A stretch of 64,000 nt of DNA from Nymphaea colorata (GCF_008831285.2 NC_045138.2:29078001-29142000); one strand, 5' to 3'; shown: positions 50,149-62,782, numbered from the stretch's first letter. Translations and numbers: made by a program. The notes: generated by a model not told the origin, from the letters alone.

Positions 50149-51653
50149 CACTATAAGTGTCGTTTTTTTTATAAATCAAACCTTGATGCAAATATTAAAA
50201 TCTACAAGACTCCACGTTTGTAATATTTTAAAATTAATGTTCTTTGATTTCTCAGCTCATAAAATTCTACTTAGACATCAGTAACTCAAGATTTTTTTAC
50301 ATTGTTATATTTTCACATATTTAGCATTCACGTTTAGAGTTAAATTTATGAAACAATATCCTAAAACAGTAGAAGGCATGCATAGTAGCCATATTTCGGG
50401 TGATGTAAACTAAGAATTAAATATAAATTTGCTAGATATCTCTAGCCATCCGTCTATCCAGCTCCTCATGCTGTGAGGGGATGGATGACAGATGGTTGGT
50501 ATATATATAATTTGTGGATTTCTCTTTTTGAAGTTGGATGAAGAGATCGTCTAGGCTCTCACAGTATATACTGCATCAGATTAGATGGTGTGTTCAGTCA
50601 TATTTACTTGATGCATTGTATTAGGCAACCGTGATTAGATAAAACACAAAAATGGCCAGAGAATTTCAGCTCATCACACACAGACACATATGTATTAATT
50701 TGTGTCACACACACACATATATATATATGTTTGTGTGGGTGATATTTATGGTCATCCAGCTGGTTCATCTGATTTTTGCCCATTTTTTGAAGGACTTTCA
50801 CGCACGAGTCTAAAGATCTCAATTCGATAGGTTTGTAAAATATATACGTCTAGAGATCCAATTTGCTCATTGATTTTTTGCTACTTCTGCTTTCTCCAAT
50901 TAAATCTATATGTGACCTCACTGATTATAAAAAAAAAAAACCGGCTACATAAAATCTGACCAAATAGTTATAATTAAGGAGATTCTGGCCGTACCTAATA
51001 CCAAAGTTTTGAGCTAATGACAAACGCATTGTAGCTCATTGACCTCTTAAGCACGCAACTAAAAAACTTGCTTCCATGTCACTGTCGTGAGATTTAAGCA
51101 CGGTCTGCCTTGTAAACAGCATATGTAGCTAGATAATATACATATAAGGTTCAGAAGAGGACAAAGTGGCTCCCCGGAGGGGGTTCGTCCACTGGTTTGT
51201 GACAGTGGCTGGTAGGCAGCTGATTATTAGTTCGAGTAGCATGACCACCACTCCTTCTTATGCCAGCAACACTGGGCCAGTGTATTAGCTGACGCTTCCT
51301 TACCCAGCCGTAGAAACAGAAAAGAGGAACCTTATGACCAAGAAATTCAAAACCATTTTCTCTTAACGGTGTCCATTTAAATGCATTAATTAACTTGATA
51401 CAAATTTCAAAAAGAAACAAAATTATTGCCTCCAGGGCTGGGCATCAGCCGGGCAGGCTGGCCCCCTTAATTTTCGGGCCGGGGCCGACCGCTAACTTCA
51501 TTATGGTCAGCTATTTGGTTGGACTTCAATCCTTATTTGAAACTATTGACATTTTCTTTTCTAGCATCCTAGAAACCTTCGGAGATGCATCAAGAGTTTC
51601 TAAGGGAGTGTTCAGCAATAAGCCAAAAGTTCCTAAAGAACCGAGCCGGTTGC

Positions 51654-51702
<49 letters not shown>

Positions 51703-51818
51703 ACGAACAAAATAAAAGATGTGAAGAGGTAGAGTTTAAATGTATATATTGGGCAGAAGTGCACCTTTAATTGTCTTTAAAAATTAATTAGGTTAGTTTA
51801 AGTGCACCACGAACGAAC

Positions 51819-51856
<38 letters not shown>

Positions 51857-53035
51857 ACCAGCTTCAAGAGGTGGGGATCTTCGTTTCTCAATAATATCAT
51901 CAAGCATTGATGGATCTCCTAAATGACTAGGTGCATCCATGCATCCACTGCTACCAACCCTTGTTAAAACTTCTTAAATTTTCCATCCATGAAGCATGTG
52001 GGCAGATCACGGCCAAGAGCTAGAGAGAGAGAGAGAGTTTGGGGGGGGGGTCTAAACGATCTAGGTACGGAGATACTATTCTAAATTTCCTCATCCTTGT
52101 CAGTCTCTTAACCCAACCCATTCTCGAGTCCCAACCCACTCTCTAACAGTTTCAGTTTTAATCTCGAAAAAACTAAGAATCAGAATAACCAACTACATTA
52201 ACAATCCCATTTATGAGCTATTAAAGATCCCTCACAATCTCAAAACATAACTAAATTTTTGTGACGTTACACTCAGAGAACATGAAAAACTGTTTATAAG
52301 AAGAAGAAGAAAAGGAATTACCATGAAGGGGTGAAACAGTAGCCCAAGAGATTCTGAGTGAGGGGCATGGGACCTCCTCTTGTAGTTTGATGAGTTGTCC
52401 CAGTAAACTTGTTCCTTTTCTTTATTTAGTGATGCTAAAGGTACGTGACTGATTCTCCAGATATGAGACGAGGCCAATAAATGAAGCCTGCCCGGCGCCA
52501 GCGAGCTCCATGAACCACCGTGTCGCCCGGATTCCATATCTCGACCAGTCCATGACATGCCACTGACTACATTGGCTTTATTCGGAAGAGGTATGAACTT
52601 ATAGGGATGGAGAACAAAAGTATTCTTTGTTTTTTTCTAGTAACTATATTGTAACTTATATATATATATATGCATGAGAGGACAATTTCCTAACTGTTTT
52701 CGTGGGTTTTTTTCTTTTCTTCCATCAACTAAAAGTCTTTTATCTTCAGCTTATAATTACTTCCATGGCTCAACTGCTCATTGGTAGCCGCAGATTTTTC
52801 TTGCTAATGACAAGGGAAAATTTTCGGCATTTCTGTGATTGTGGCAGCTAAGTTTGCCGATCGACCATGCACCTGGGTGGTGCATGCTTGCCCTGTCCTA
52901 TTCTCCTATTCCAATTGTGCAACCAACTCTAGGCAGTGGTGGATGCAGGTGTATGGTGTAGACCTGTGCGGGCAAATAGACACACATAGAGTGATTATTA
53001 ATATAATGATGACTGAATCCATCTGCTGCTTCTTA

Positions 53036-53192
53036 AGAGTTTGTTTGGCAAACAGAACAGTATGTAATTGTTTTATAAATACGACCCAAAAGGTGAGGCA
53101 GATTCATGAAACACGTTAACTAAAAAAGTATCTTATAAATCTGTTTAGTATTCATGACACAATTACAAACACTTTCATTTACCAAGCGAGCC
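53036..53192. mobile_element. Tourist-like MITE
   Basis: TTA-AGAGTTTGTTTGGCAAA ... TTTACCAAGCGAGCC-TTA. Confidence 0.5.
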
Positions 53193-54255
53193 TTAAACAT
53201 CTGAGGCTTAGAAGCATTGGTGTTCCTTAGCTAAGTACAAACTTCTTTCCTTCATATATAGGTATGAATTCCTTCCTAGCGATTTGGTGTGACTGCTTGT
53301 CTTCAAAATGGCATATATTGGTTATGTCATCGAAATTGGAACATGCATCTATTAGGTCAATTCAATGCATAATTGCCAAAAAGATAATATATATTTTAAA
53401 AGATAAAAGACAAAATCATTAGAATAATTTCAAAATAATTTTTTTTAAGTAAAAACGAATCAGCGTATGTATGCACTTTGATTTTATCGAATCGATTTGC
53501 CATGTATTTGGTTTCAATTGGTCAATTTGACAACAATATCGGTTTGCAGCAGCCAATTGAACATCTATTTTAGGATCCGATGTTACCTAAGGGACATACT
53601 ATTATTTAAATACTTTACAAAGTTATTAAATAAAAGAAGAAAACAGTGCAGAATGAATCCTTTGTCTTCATAAACAAAGCAGTACGTACATAATCGACTG
53701 TACGTCCAGCGGGCGCTAATAATTTGAGATCTCTGGTCCGCACAACTTTTGGGTCAAAAGATCATCATAACCACTGCAAGCAAAGGGGCCATTTTCTGAT
53801 CTTGGCCTTAAATTCACCATGACTAGGTTTCAAACAGTGGCCTTATGATCTCTATTTCGTTTCTCTAAATGCATCGAGCCCTATCGACTGGTACGTCTCA
53901 CCATCTATTGTTAACCTTGAAATTAATTTTGTGCATAACTTCCTACTTGGAAGCTAGTCCGCAAACGCGGAGCCACATGTGGGCATGTATAGGCAATTGT
54001 TCATACAGTCCAATAAAATTTTCTTATTTACTTATCGGCGGTTGATATATATATATATATAACCCTCAAATTGAATCTCACTTTAGGTTTTTGCCAAATT
54101 TTTTTCTTTTACTGCATGCACTGGATTTGATCCTGGCCTGAACTTATCTCTAAACTATGCCTGCAACCCAATACCAGCAGCTTTAAGCAATGCATGCATC
54201 TTAGATTATGGAAAGGTGATTTTGTTTTTAAACCTTCCATGTTTGATCTTATAGG

Positions 54256-54432
54256 CAGTAGCAGAGCTACATATAGGTATGTGTGGCAGTTGCTCACACC
54301 AGCAACAAATTTTTTTATTTATTTTTACATAGATTTCTTATAATTATTTACTTATTTATATATATTTTTCCCTTTTAAAAGTGAAAATTTATATAGCAGT
54401 GCCGTATAGCCAAAATTCTGGCTCTGCCACTG
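54256..54432. mobile_element. hAT-type MITE, CAGTGGCRGAGCC family
   Basis: Ends CAGTAGCAGAGCT ... GGCTCTGCCACTG. Flanks CTTATAGG/CTTATACG (7/8). Confidence 0.85.
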
Positions 54433-54971
54433 CTTATACGTGGTTCACCTCCATAGTACCATGGCGTTTTAGTCATTTGAACACCCAAGTATTGAATTCA
54501 ATGCTCGGTCCGAGAGCGTTAACTCACTTATCAATACTACAATTATTTTAGTGCATGTAGATGAAGTGGACATAATTTTTAATAATTGCCTTAACGAAAA
54601 CACAATTACATATAGGAGCCCAACTCAAGGGTTGTAACATAACTGGTTGGGGCAGGGATCATATGGACGACACGTCCCCGCTTCAATTCTCATGAGTACT
54701 ACTTCTTTGGTCTGCAAAAAGTGTGGGTGTTCCCAACTCAGCTCAGGAACTTAGAGGCAGGACGAATGGGCTCTTTTCTGGGCAGTAGAAACCCAAGGAG
54801 AAGTTTTCAAGATATGCAGCTTTGAAAGAGAAAGGAATGGGCTCCATAGATTACATTTGCTTTCAACTTTGATTGTTTCAAAGTGAAGGCACAAGTATAA
54901 CACGTAGATACTAATTTCACTAATATGATGTAAACAATTTGCAGGAATGACCAAAGATCAAGTGCCTTTAC

Positions 54972-55570
54972 CATCCGTGATATTCCCTCTTGGATTGTAG
55001 TGCTCTGACTGCGGCGCTTCAATACTCATCTGACAAGAGTGAATTACTGATGATGGGATGTCATGAGTTCAGAAATTCATGGCGGACAAACCTTGTCATG
55101 AAGGAGAAGCTAAATGTACTCTCTGGTAGCTCAAAAACGCTTAGCCAACTTTACCATTTATCGGAAGATGCCAATGTGCCGGTAATTGTAACGTTCTCTA
55201 GCTTAGTCATATAAACCCAGCTCCAAACAGCAACCTCTCTATAAATCTCTCGGTCATTGTTTGAGAGTGCAAGCAGATCCGGATATGTCTTGTGCCTGGC
55301 GGTGTGGAGAGTCTAAATAAACAACTTATGTTTAAAATCTGACTGCCTTCAAATTGCACTTTGGTCAGAACTATATTTATCTAGATCCACTCTAAAATAC
55401 TGCTAGTGATACAAACGCAATCCGCTTTATCAAATCGAAAACGATTTAGAGATCACGAGGTCCATGGTTTCATTACCCTGGCTCAAGATCAATGAAATAT
55501 TCTCAATTATATATAAACGCATCCCTTTGGTACCCCGTCCATGTGTTTGCCGTAGACTTTTGTGGACATG
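54972..55570 (-). pseudogene. Possible highly decayed polygalacturonase (GH28)-like relic
   Basis: AG/GT-bounded pieces 55570-55477 (VPKGCVYIIENISL) and 55312-54972 (WSWVYMTKLENVTITG ... FLNS*H ... SIEAPQS...NITDG) follow the GH28 motif order, with stops and a frameshift. Similarity judged by eye only. Confidence 0.3.
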
Positions 55571-58499
55571 CTGTGGAAAAAAGGAAGCTCAAATAATGAG
55601 AACGAGGAAATTAGTGGGTTACAAACATAATTCAAAATGTAATTGGTATGTCATCAATATCTTGTCTCTTTGCAAACTTGAACCTTGGAATTTTCTTTGC
55701 CTTCTCGCATAATATTTTGTCATACATAGCTGGTAATTAGCCCAAACACTTTTTTGAGATTGAAAATGTCTTCTTCCACATCTAATGATTACAAGGTTGA
55801 TAGTTTGGCTTTGATTGTTGATCTGGAGTTGAACATGGTGGGGCATGAGCAACCTGCATACTGCAATTAACAGCAAACCTTTTGGATGTACATTTACATG
55901 CATGAATTGGTTCTTGTATTACTCCTAAGAAAATGTCTTGCACACATGGATAAAATCTGCACTATATTTACTGTCAACCAAAGTCCAGTATCGTATGGAG
56001 GTGAAAGATGGAGAATATGAACTTTATATCAACCATACATCGAAATAGGATGAATCAGTATGTTGTCATTTTCTCGGTGGAGAAAAAATATTGCCACATT
56101 TAAATTATTGAGGGTCTGGTATTCGATTTTTGTGCGTGGCGCCGACATTATGATGTAACATTGGTGAAATTGGTGTTTCATGTGCAGGTTTTGGGAAAAG
56201 GAAGATTATCTTGTTCGAGATTCTTCTGATTCTTGAGGAAATTTGAGCATTATTGCTTCCTATTTCCTTTTCTGAAGAGTACTTTTTGGATTAAGACTTT
56301 TGTCGACTGAACAAGAGTTCAGTTGGCAGTTTTCGGAGGCTACCTTCATATGAGCTAATCATGATGAATCAAGACAAAGAAGTCCTTAAATTGTGCTCGT
56401 AAGGTACCAAATGGGCATCTACTCCATTTCTAATGCCGGTTATAAATATAACCATGGTTATAAAGAGTGTCGCCTGATGGAAAGGAAATGGTTAATTGAA
56501 AAAGGCGATTGTTCGTTCACTTTTTTTGAATGCCCATTTATGAGTTATTAGATACATCACATTCGATGTACTATATTAGTCCATACACAGCTCATATTCT
56601 AGGTGAGTAGGACCTGACAACTCACTATTTTGAAAAACAGGAGCGAAGGTGCCCCTCCCCAACTTCCCACCACCACCCAATTTGTCCTGCTCTTGGGGTT
56701 TCCCAGTTGAGTCAATTTCTGGGTAGGTTACGGTACATCCGTCAACTTAGTTTTACCCATTAGTCATACTATTTATGGTCCAAGGAAATAGTACCCACAT
56801 GAATCAAACCGATAACATACCTTTTAAGTGCCACTTGCCTAAACACCTACGCTATGCCCCTTGGAAACATGCAATGCTCATATTTGAAAGTGCTTATATG
56901 CTAAAAACATTTTTTATTTGTCAAAAGATTTTCGAACTAATGATGTGTAATATAAAGATATGTTAACTATTAATTAATAATTAGCTAGTCAGTTTATACG
57001 AATTAATCTGATACAAGCACATAATAGTTTTATGTTAGCCCTTCTTATGAGCATGACCCAGTTCTTTACATGATGCACAGGCCAATTTCCCTTAGAAGCG
57101 GGCTAGGAGAACACATATTATGTACTGGGGGTTGTGTACGGTGTACCTCCGTGCACATAACCACCTCTCATCTGAAAGGCGAGCACTTGGGCAAGATTGT
57201 TTCTCACAACTATTTGTGACTCATAAATGACGTGAGTTGTCGGGCAACCATGAATTGGCGATGATCGATGTGGCTAGCTACTATTGGGAGAAGCTGCCAT
57301 TTCAAAGAGGAGAGAAAGAAAAAGGGAAAAGTAAAGTCTCGCAAGTGAACTGGGATGCTAGAAGAAATTCATCTACTTGTAGGGCAAATTGGCTCACCAG
57401 TAGCCTCGTCTCGTTGCGTTGCACTTGGTAACAATCTAATTGTACCCTGTGCATCTCGTCCTTCTCAATTCACCAAAAGCTTCTGTAACTACAGCATGCG
57501 TTTAGTTGTTGTTGCACATTAAATTTATTCATTCAGAAAATATTTGATCATTCGAAATAAAATATTAATTGTGACAAGCTAAGGATTAACCCTTATAGAA
57601 TGTCAAAGACCTTCATCATTATGTGTTAGATAACGAGCAAAAGAAATATTTGGTTATTGAATCGCGGAAAATGTAGTGAATAGCAGAAAAAGTAGTGCTT
57701 GGCCTGCCAATGTTCCCATGTGAAAACTACTGACTGGCACTTGATGATCATCGGGGAGGTGGATTATGGTAAGACCATGCACTCACCAGTCACCATAGCG
57801 GTGCCTTTACTCCTTCAGCAACTCAGACTTGAACCAGTTTTCTCAGAGACCAAAACGACCACACATATATACACACAAAGAGAGAGAGAGAGAGAGAGAG
57901 GAATCCATATACTTGGCCATCCTAACAGCACTCCTAATCCCATGATTAGCATTTCTCAATACCGTCAGCATAGCACCCTCCAAAAATGGAACTGAAGAAT
58001 TGGTTACTGCACGCTACCCAATCTGACCAGTTGAGCTACCCATATAAGAAGAAGAAGAAGAAGAAGAAGAAGATCGATTCCGAACGGAAGTAGATATTTG
58101 CTCAATTGATTAGTTTAAATGCTTTCTTATGCGTGATCGAGTTCTTTGACTTCGTGAGAAATATTTTAGTGGCTGAGGAGGTTGCTTTAGCATATTAGTA
58201 CTTTACAAAAATCAAAAAATGAAAGATCATCCTTAGCGAGGAGCTATTTTTTTCTTCTTTTTGCATGACTAGGGAAAGCAACCGGGTTTTTTTACATGAT
58301 GAACTTGCAAAGATAGGAAGTACGTGTTTATCGTGCCCTACCTTGGTTGATTCTAGGCGTTCAACTTCAGGAGGTTCCAATGGCCATAATGGCCTTCACC
58401 GTTGGCTATTTAGGCGCAGAAACGAACAAGAAAACCACTTAAATTCTTAGCCAACCTATATCTGGATACATATTTAGTACAAAGAGTGTTCTGATTCAA

Positions 58500-58674
58500 G
58501 TTATTTTTTGTTCTGGCTGGAGCTGTATTTGTTCGGATTGGAGCTGTATTTGTTCGGATTGGAGTTGTATTTGTTTCTATCGGAGTTCCCATTCTTTGTT
58601 GTTTCTGCCTCTTTTGCTTTTTCTCATATGCTTTCCTTGCTCTTTCAGGTGACAACAGGCCATGCTCCATCATC
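58500..58674 (-). pseudogene. Orphan exon of an At5g11600-like uncharacterised conserved plant protein
   Basis: Acceptor AG at 58676-58675, then (W)MMEHGLLSPERARKAYEKKQKRQKQQRMGTPI, which I recall as conserved in this family. It is followed by a 21-bp repeat (TNTTPIR/TNTAPIR/TNTAPAR). No upstream exons found in the window. Confidence 0.65.
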
Positions 58675-60700
58675 CTGCCAACGGAAGAAGCATTTAGTAC
58701 CTCATAGCTGTTAAAATTCTTCACAATTGATCGTGACAATTGGCCCTTGTGCTCATCAGTCTAAATCTATGACACGGTGAGATGCTATCTAGGGGCATGA
58801 CATGGACGGCATGGGCCAAACATGCTTGCAAGTATAGATCCATCATTTCAATAAATTTTAACAGTTTAAAATACATTCCATGATAATCAATAGGCATTAT
58901 TGCATTCACTAAGTGAATGTTTTTCTACTTAATTCATGTCCCTTATTCCTATTACTCAAAAAAGATGTCCATGTCAGCCTGCTAAATCATACTTATCTTT
59001 GTGATGAGACCAAAATATTCTTTAATGTGGAAATGACCAGCCTCGCTTCTCACTGTTACTAAGACCATGATGTTGCATAAGAAGCATTCTATGTTTGGTA
59101 TGTTCACGTTATTAATGCTACTTGCTGGAGTGACTTGTCTTCTCCAAAGATATGCTGCAAAGGAACTCTACCAGATGCTTTATCAAGTGAATTCCAATGC
59201 GAACAACCATATTCAAAGAGATGAGTGTGGTGCTCCTGGAGATGATGAGCCAAAGCCCTAGTGGCCTTGTCGAGGGTATTGATCACCAGAAGCAGCCAGA
59301 CAAAGCTGGAAAACAAAGCCCTAGCAGCCTCTTAGTCTGTTTCATATTTCTCTTGGTCTTTGGCACAAGTTATCTATTGGTATCCCTTTTCTTAGTTTCT
59401 TATTAGAAGTTCTATTGCGTGGCGTAGAAAGAAGTAAGCTGTAGAGGAAGCTTTATACAATAAATATGTTCGATAACCCTTAGGGTTGTATGCTTCTTGG
59501 AGTAGCTACAGAGATAAAGTGATTCAGTGGAAAAGTATGACATAAAGCAAAACATTAGAGAACCACAAGTTATGACAAATAAAGCAAAACATTGGAGCAC
59601 TACAAGTGTGCAACAATCACGCAAGTTAACTCATGTTGAATTGTATCTCGGACAACTTTTCTGAAGCAATGAATGATCTACGCCAATACTAGTTAGCAGT
59701 AACATGACACCATGCATGTCACGCCATAGTCTTGCTAAGAGTTTCCATGCTAAAAGCTAGAACCCACATTTCCCCCCAATGAAATAAGACAAAAGAAAGG
59801 GGACAATTTGTAATAATCATAAATAAAATGGCCAACCAGAAGAACTACACATCTGGTATGGTAGCTGATACTTTACTTGATAAACAACACATGATCATGA
59901 AAAAACCAGGAAAAGGTCCATTAAGGAGATCCTTGTCAATAATTCATGTTTCTCCTTCAGCATAAATTCCAATAATAAGTGAATGAGGGAGTTTGTTAAG
60001 AAACAGAAAGTTGGATTTTATAGAGTACTCAGTTTTTCAGCTCTGGTATTGGAATACATAGTTGCAATGTTGCATTTGATGTTTGACCAACCATGTCACT
60101 GGGTTCTCGGCAGATCCATGTGTAGTCCATTAAATAAAGCATTGTCAATATTAAATTTTCATTTTCTTAGATATCTGATCCGCCACGTATGGGACGTTCA
60201 CTGGCTGTTACTCTACTTATATGATTGAGGTCCAGGATGTCATGTAAAAGACAGCCAAAATCTGATACTTTGAGCAACGGAAAAAGCCAGACCCAATATA
60301 CATCTCAGCACCGAATCATTTTTGCTACGACCGTATCTTGTAGGTGACCAATTAACAAATCGAGATAAACAAATTACAAATTGAGTGGAGAACATGAACA
60401 TTGAGAAGCATAAAAGACTCTTCTCTAGTAAGTGAAAATGTGACAAGTAGCTCCTGAGAAGGTAGTAAAGGAGCACAGAGAGATGTCATTATAGAGCCCT
60501 TTTTTGTGCCTTATCTGTTTCTATTTCATTTTGAAATATTGTGTATAATATGTGAATGGAAACCACATCCATCACTTGAGAAAAAACAAGAAAGAAGAAT
60601 TAGAGGCAAGAAGGAAAAAGTACTATATTTTTCACAGAGCTGCTTCTCCTCAATATCATAGGATGTGTGGCAGCCCAATTGAGAAAGAAGCCCACTAAAC

Positions 60701-60882
60701 CATGGGTGGAGCCAGAAATTTTTTTGTATGGGACACTAAGTATATAGTTAATAAATTTTCAATTGATTGTAGGGCAGTGACCCGAGTCTCTTGGGGCAAC
60801 CTTATATAATTGGACCCAGGTCCACCCAGGTCCAACCTACTGAACTAAAGTCCTGCAGAGACCCCACGTATCTCCGCCCCTG
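60701..60882. mobile_element. hAT-type MITE, CAGGGGCGGAG family
   Basis: Ends CATGGGTGGAG ... CTCCGCCCCTG. Perfect 8-bp TSD CACTAAAC at 60693-60700 and 60883-60890. Confidence 0.85.
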
Positions 60883-61137
60883 CACTAAACAGAACTTAAA
60901 TCTAGTAGATCTGTCAGTAAAACAGCTAAGAACAAATAGCATTTAGCACAAGGCCATTTTCCAAATTTATATTGACCATCATGCAAATAGCACAAGGCAA
61001 TCTACTTTTCAAATGCAAGAATGACCTTGGATGGCAGAACTGATCAATTTTACCAACCGAGGGGAGTCAATCAGGATATGATGCATTCAGGCTGACGAAT
61101 TGCCTATTAGATCAAATTTAGGATTCAAAATGCTTAC

Positions 61138-61484
61138 CCAGTCATGGCAAGCAACAAGAAAGTGATCTGCTCCATGTGTTTTATTACAGAAACGATATTT
61201 TGCACCAAGCATACTGATGTAGTTTTTCAAATATAGTGCTAGAAATTTCTGCCTCGTTGCTCCAGTCGTATTTGTTGCACTTCGTAGCTTCAGTGCACTA
61301 TATGGCAAGTAAAACATGTGAGCTCTGCTTGGATCATTTGCAGACAAGTATTTGCTCGTTTCCATCAGTTTCATAAACCATCCTTCCGAAGCATAGATTC
61401 CCGAGATATGGTTTATGAAAAATGGGTGATCCTCCATCCTTGTAGACGTAGACCTTAAATATTTTTTCCATCAACTCATAGCTC
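61138..61484 (-). pseudogene. Exostosin-family (GT47) glycosyltransferase internal exon with frameshift
   Basis: AG|G-SYELMEKIFKVYVYKDGGSPIFHKPYL /frameshift/ GIYASEGWFMKLME...AHMFYLPYS...GADHFLVACHDW|GT. The 347-nt length does not fit the 1+3n needed. No downstream GT47 exons recognised in the window. Confidence 0.85.
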
Positions 61485-62174
61485 CTGCAGATGGTTAGAC
61501 CACGAGGCCGATATTTTCAGTATGAAAATACTCTCTACCAGTAAAAAGGTTACATTTTACAGGCAAACACTATAATGGAGAAAAGAAAAAACCCTAAGTA
61601 GCTGATTGGTTGCAGAACTGAAATTTACCGTTATTTCCTCACAAGCACCAATACAAGCAAAAGCAAAGCATCCAAAATTTTAATGTTACGAAAGAGAATG
61701 TCTAGATCTATCTTATGTAAGACATTGATGTATACTATTATGCCAAAGATGAAGAGGTGAAAATATGAATTAAGGCAAACAACTGAATTATAGTTGTTTT
61801 TGGACTATGGTTCTATTTAAATATTCATATGTTCAATAGCGTGCTTATGGTCCAAACCTTGTGATTAGACTGCATGTTCCCCATAGTCACACGCACAGGG
61901 GGCAGTTTCCAAGATGTCAGAATCTCTCTTCACACTCAGAATATTGGAGACTTCTCCCTAATCACCCAAAGAAAATTATCTGCTGCTAGATTCCAAAAGA
62001 CCGACGTCGCCAACGGCTTCAGCAAGTTTTGTAAAATTATCAGGTGGGGAAACTTCTAAAAAAACGATGTTGTCAAATTTTGTGTCCATCTTTTTAGGCA
62101 GAAGATTGTTGGTATTTGACAAAGAAGATGAAAGCTCGCTCAAGTAGGAAAACGTATAGAGCTGAAGGTCATGC

Positions 62175-62782
62175 CTGCTGTTTGGTTGGAGGGAAAGGAA
62201 GGAAAAGGGAAGGGAGAAAAAAAAAAAGGGAATAAATCTAATCCTTTTAAAATTGGAGGGATTGGGAAGGAAAGGAAAAGTCTATCACTTTTTACTGTGT
62301 ATACCCTTTCAACTTCGCCCGCAAAAGAAACATCAACCAACCTTGCCTGACTCTTTCTTTCCCTCCTCACTGCTGGTTAAGACTTCGACGGGCGCCGAGC
62401 CTGTCACTCCACAACGGCCCCTTTACCAAAATCAATTTTTTGTCATTTTTATGTCATCCAATTAGTGTACCTGAAAATTTGTTTGATTGATATAAATTTT
62501 TATCATATTTGTTATTATAGAATGAAATGTCAAATGTGTGGTTTCTCTTTTATTGAATCACAAAGTCAAATTAAATATATTTTTATTTGAATGATCAATT
62601 TTTGAATGTTATGGATATTATTGTAAAGTATTAAAAATACTATCATTTCATTTCCTTTTTATCCAAAGAAGTTTTATAATCATCTTTTTTCTTTCTTTCC
62701 TTTCCATTCCATTTCTTTCTCATTCTTTTTCCCTCCCTTTCTTTTCCTTTTCATCCCTCTCCCTCCATCAAAACAAAGCTTT
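62175..62782. mobile_element. Probable MITE with long purine/pyrimidine inverted ends
   Basis: Left CTGTTTGGTTGGAGGGAAAGGAAGGAAAAGG... is imperfectly complementary to right ...CCTTTTCATCCCTCTCCCTCCATCAAAACAAAG. Confidence 0.5.

Noticed and set aside
57123..57165. Helitron 3' end capturing the minus-strand fragments at 58.4-61.5 kb
   Set aside because: A hairpin exists (TGTGTACGG...CCGTGCACA), but the terminus would be CCAG rather than CTRR and is too close to the hairpin. The fragments also sit at their expected syntenic position, which favours local duplication or deletion.
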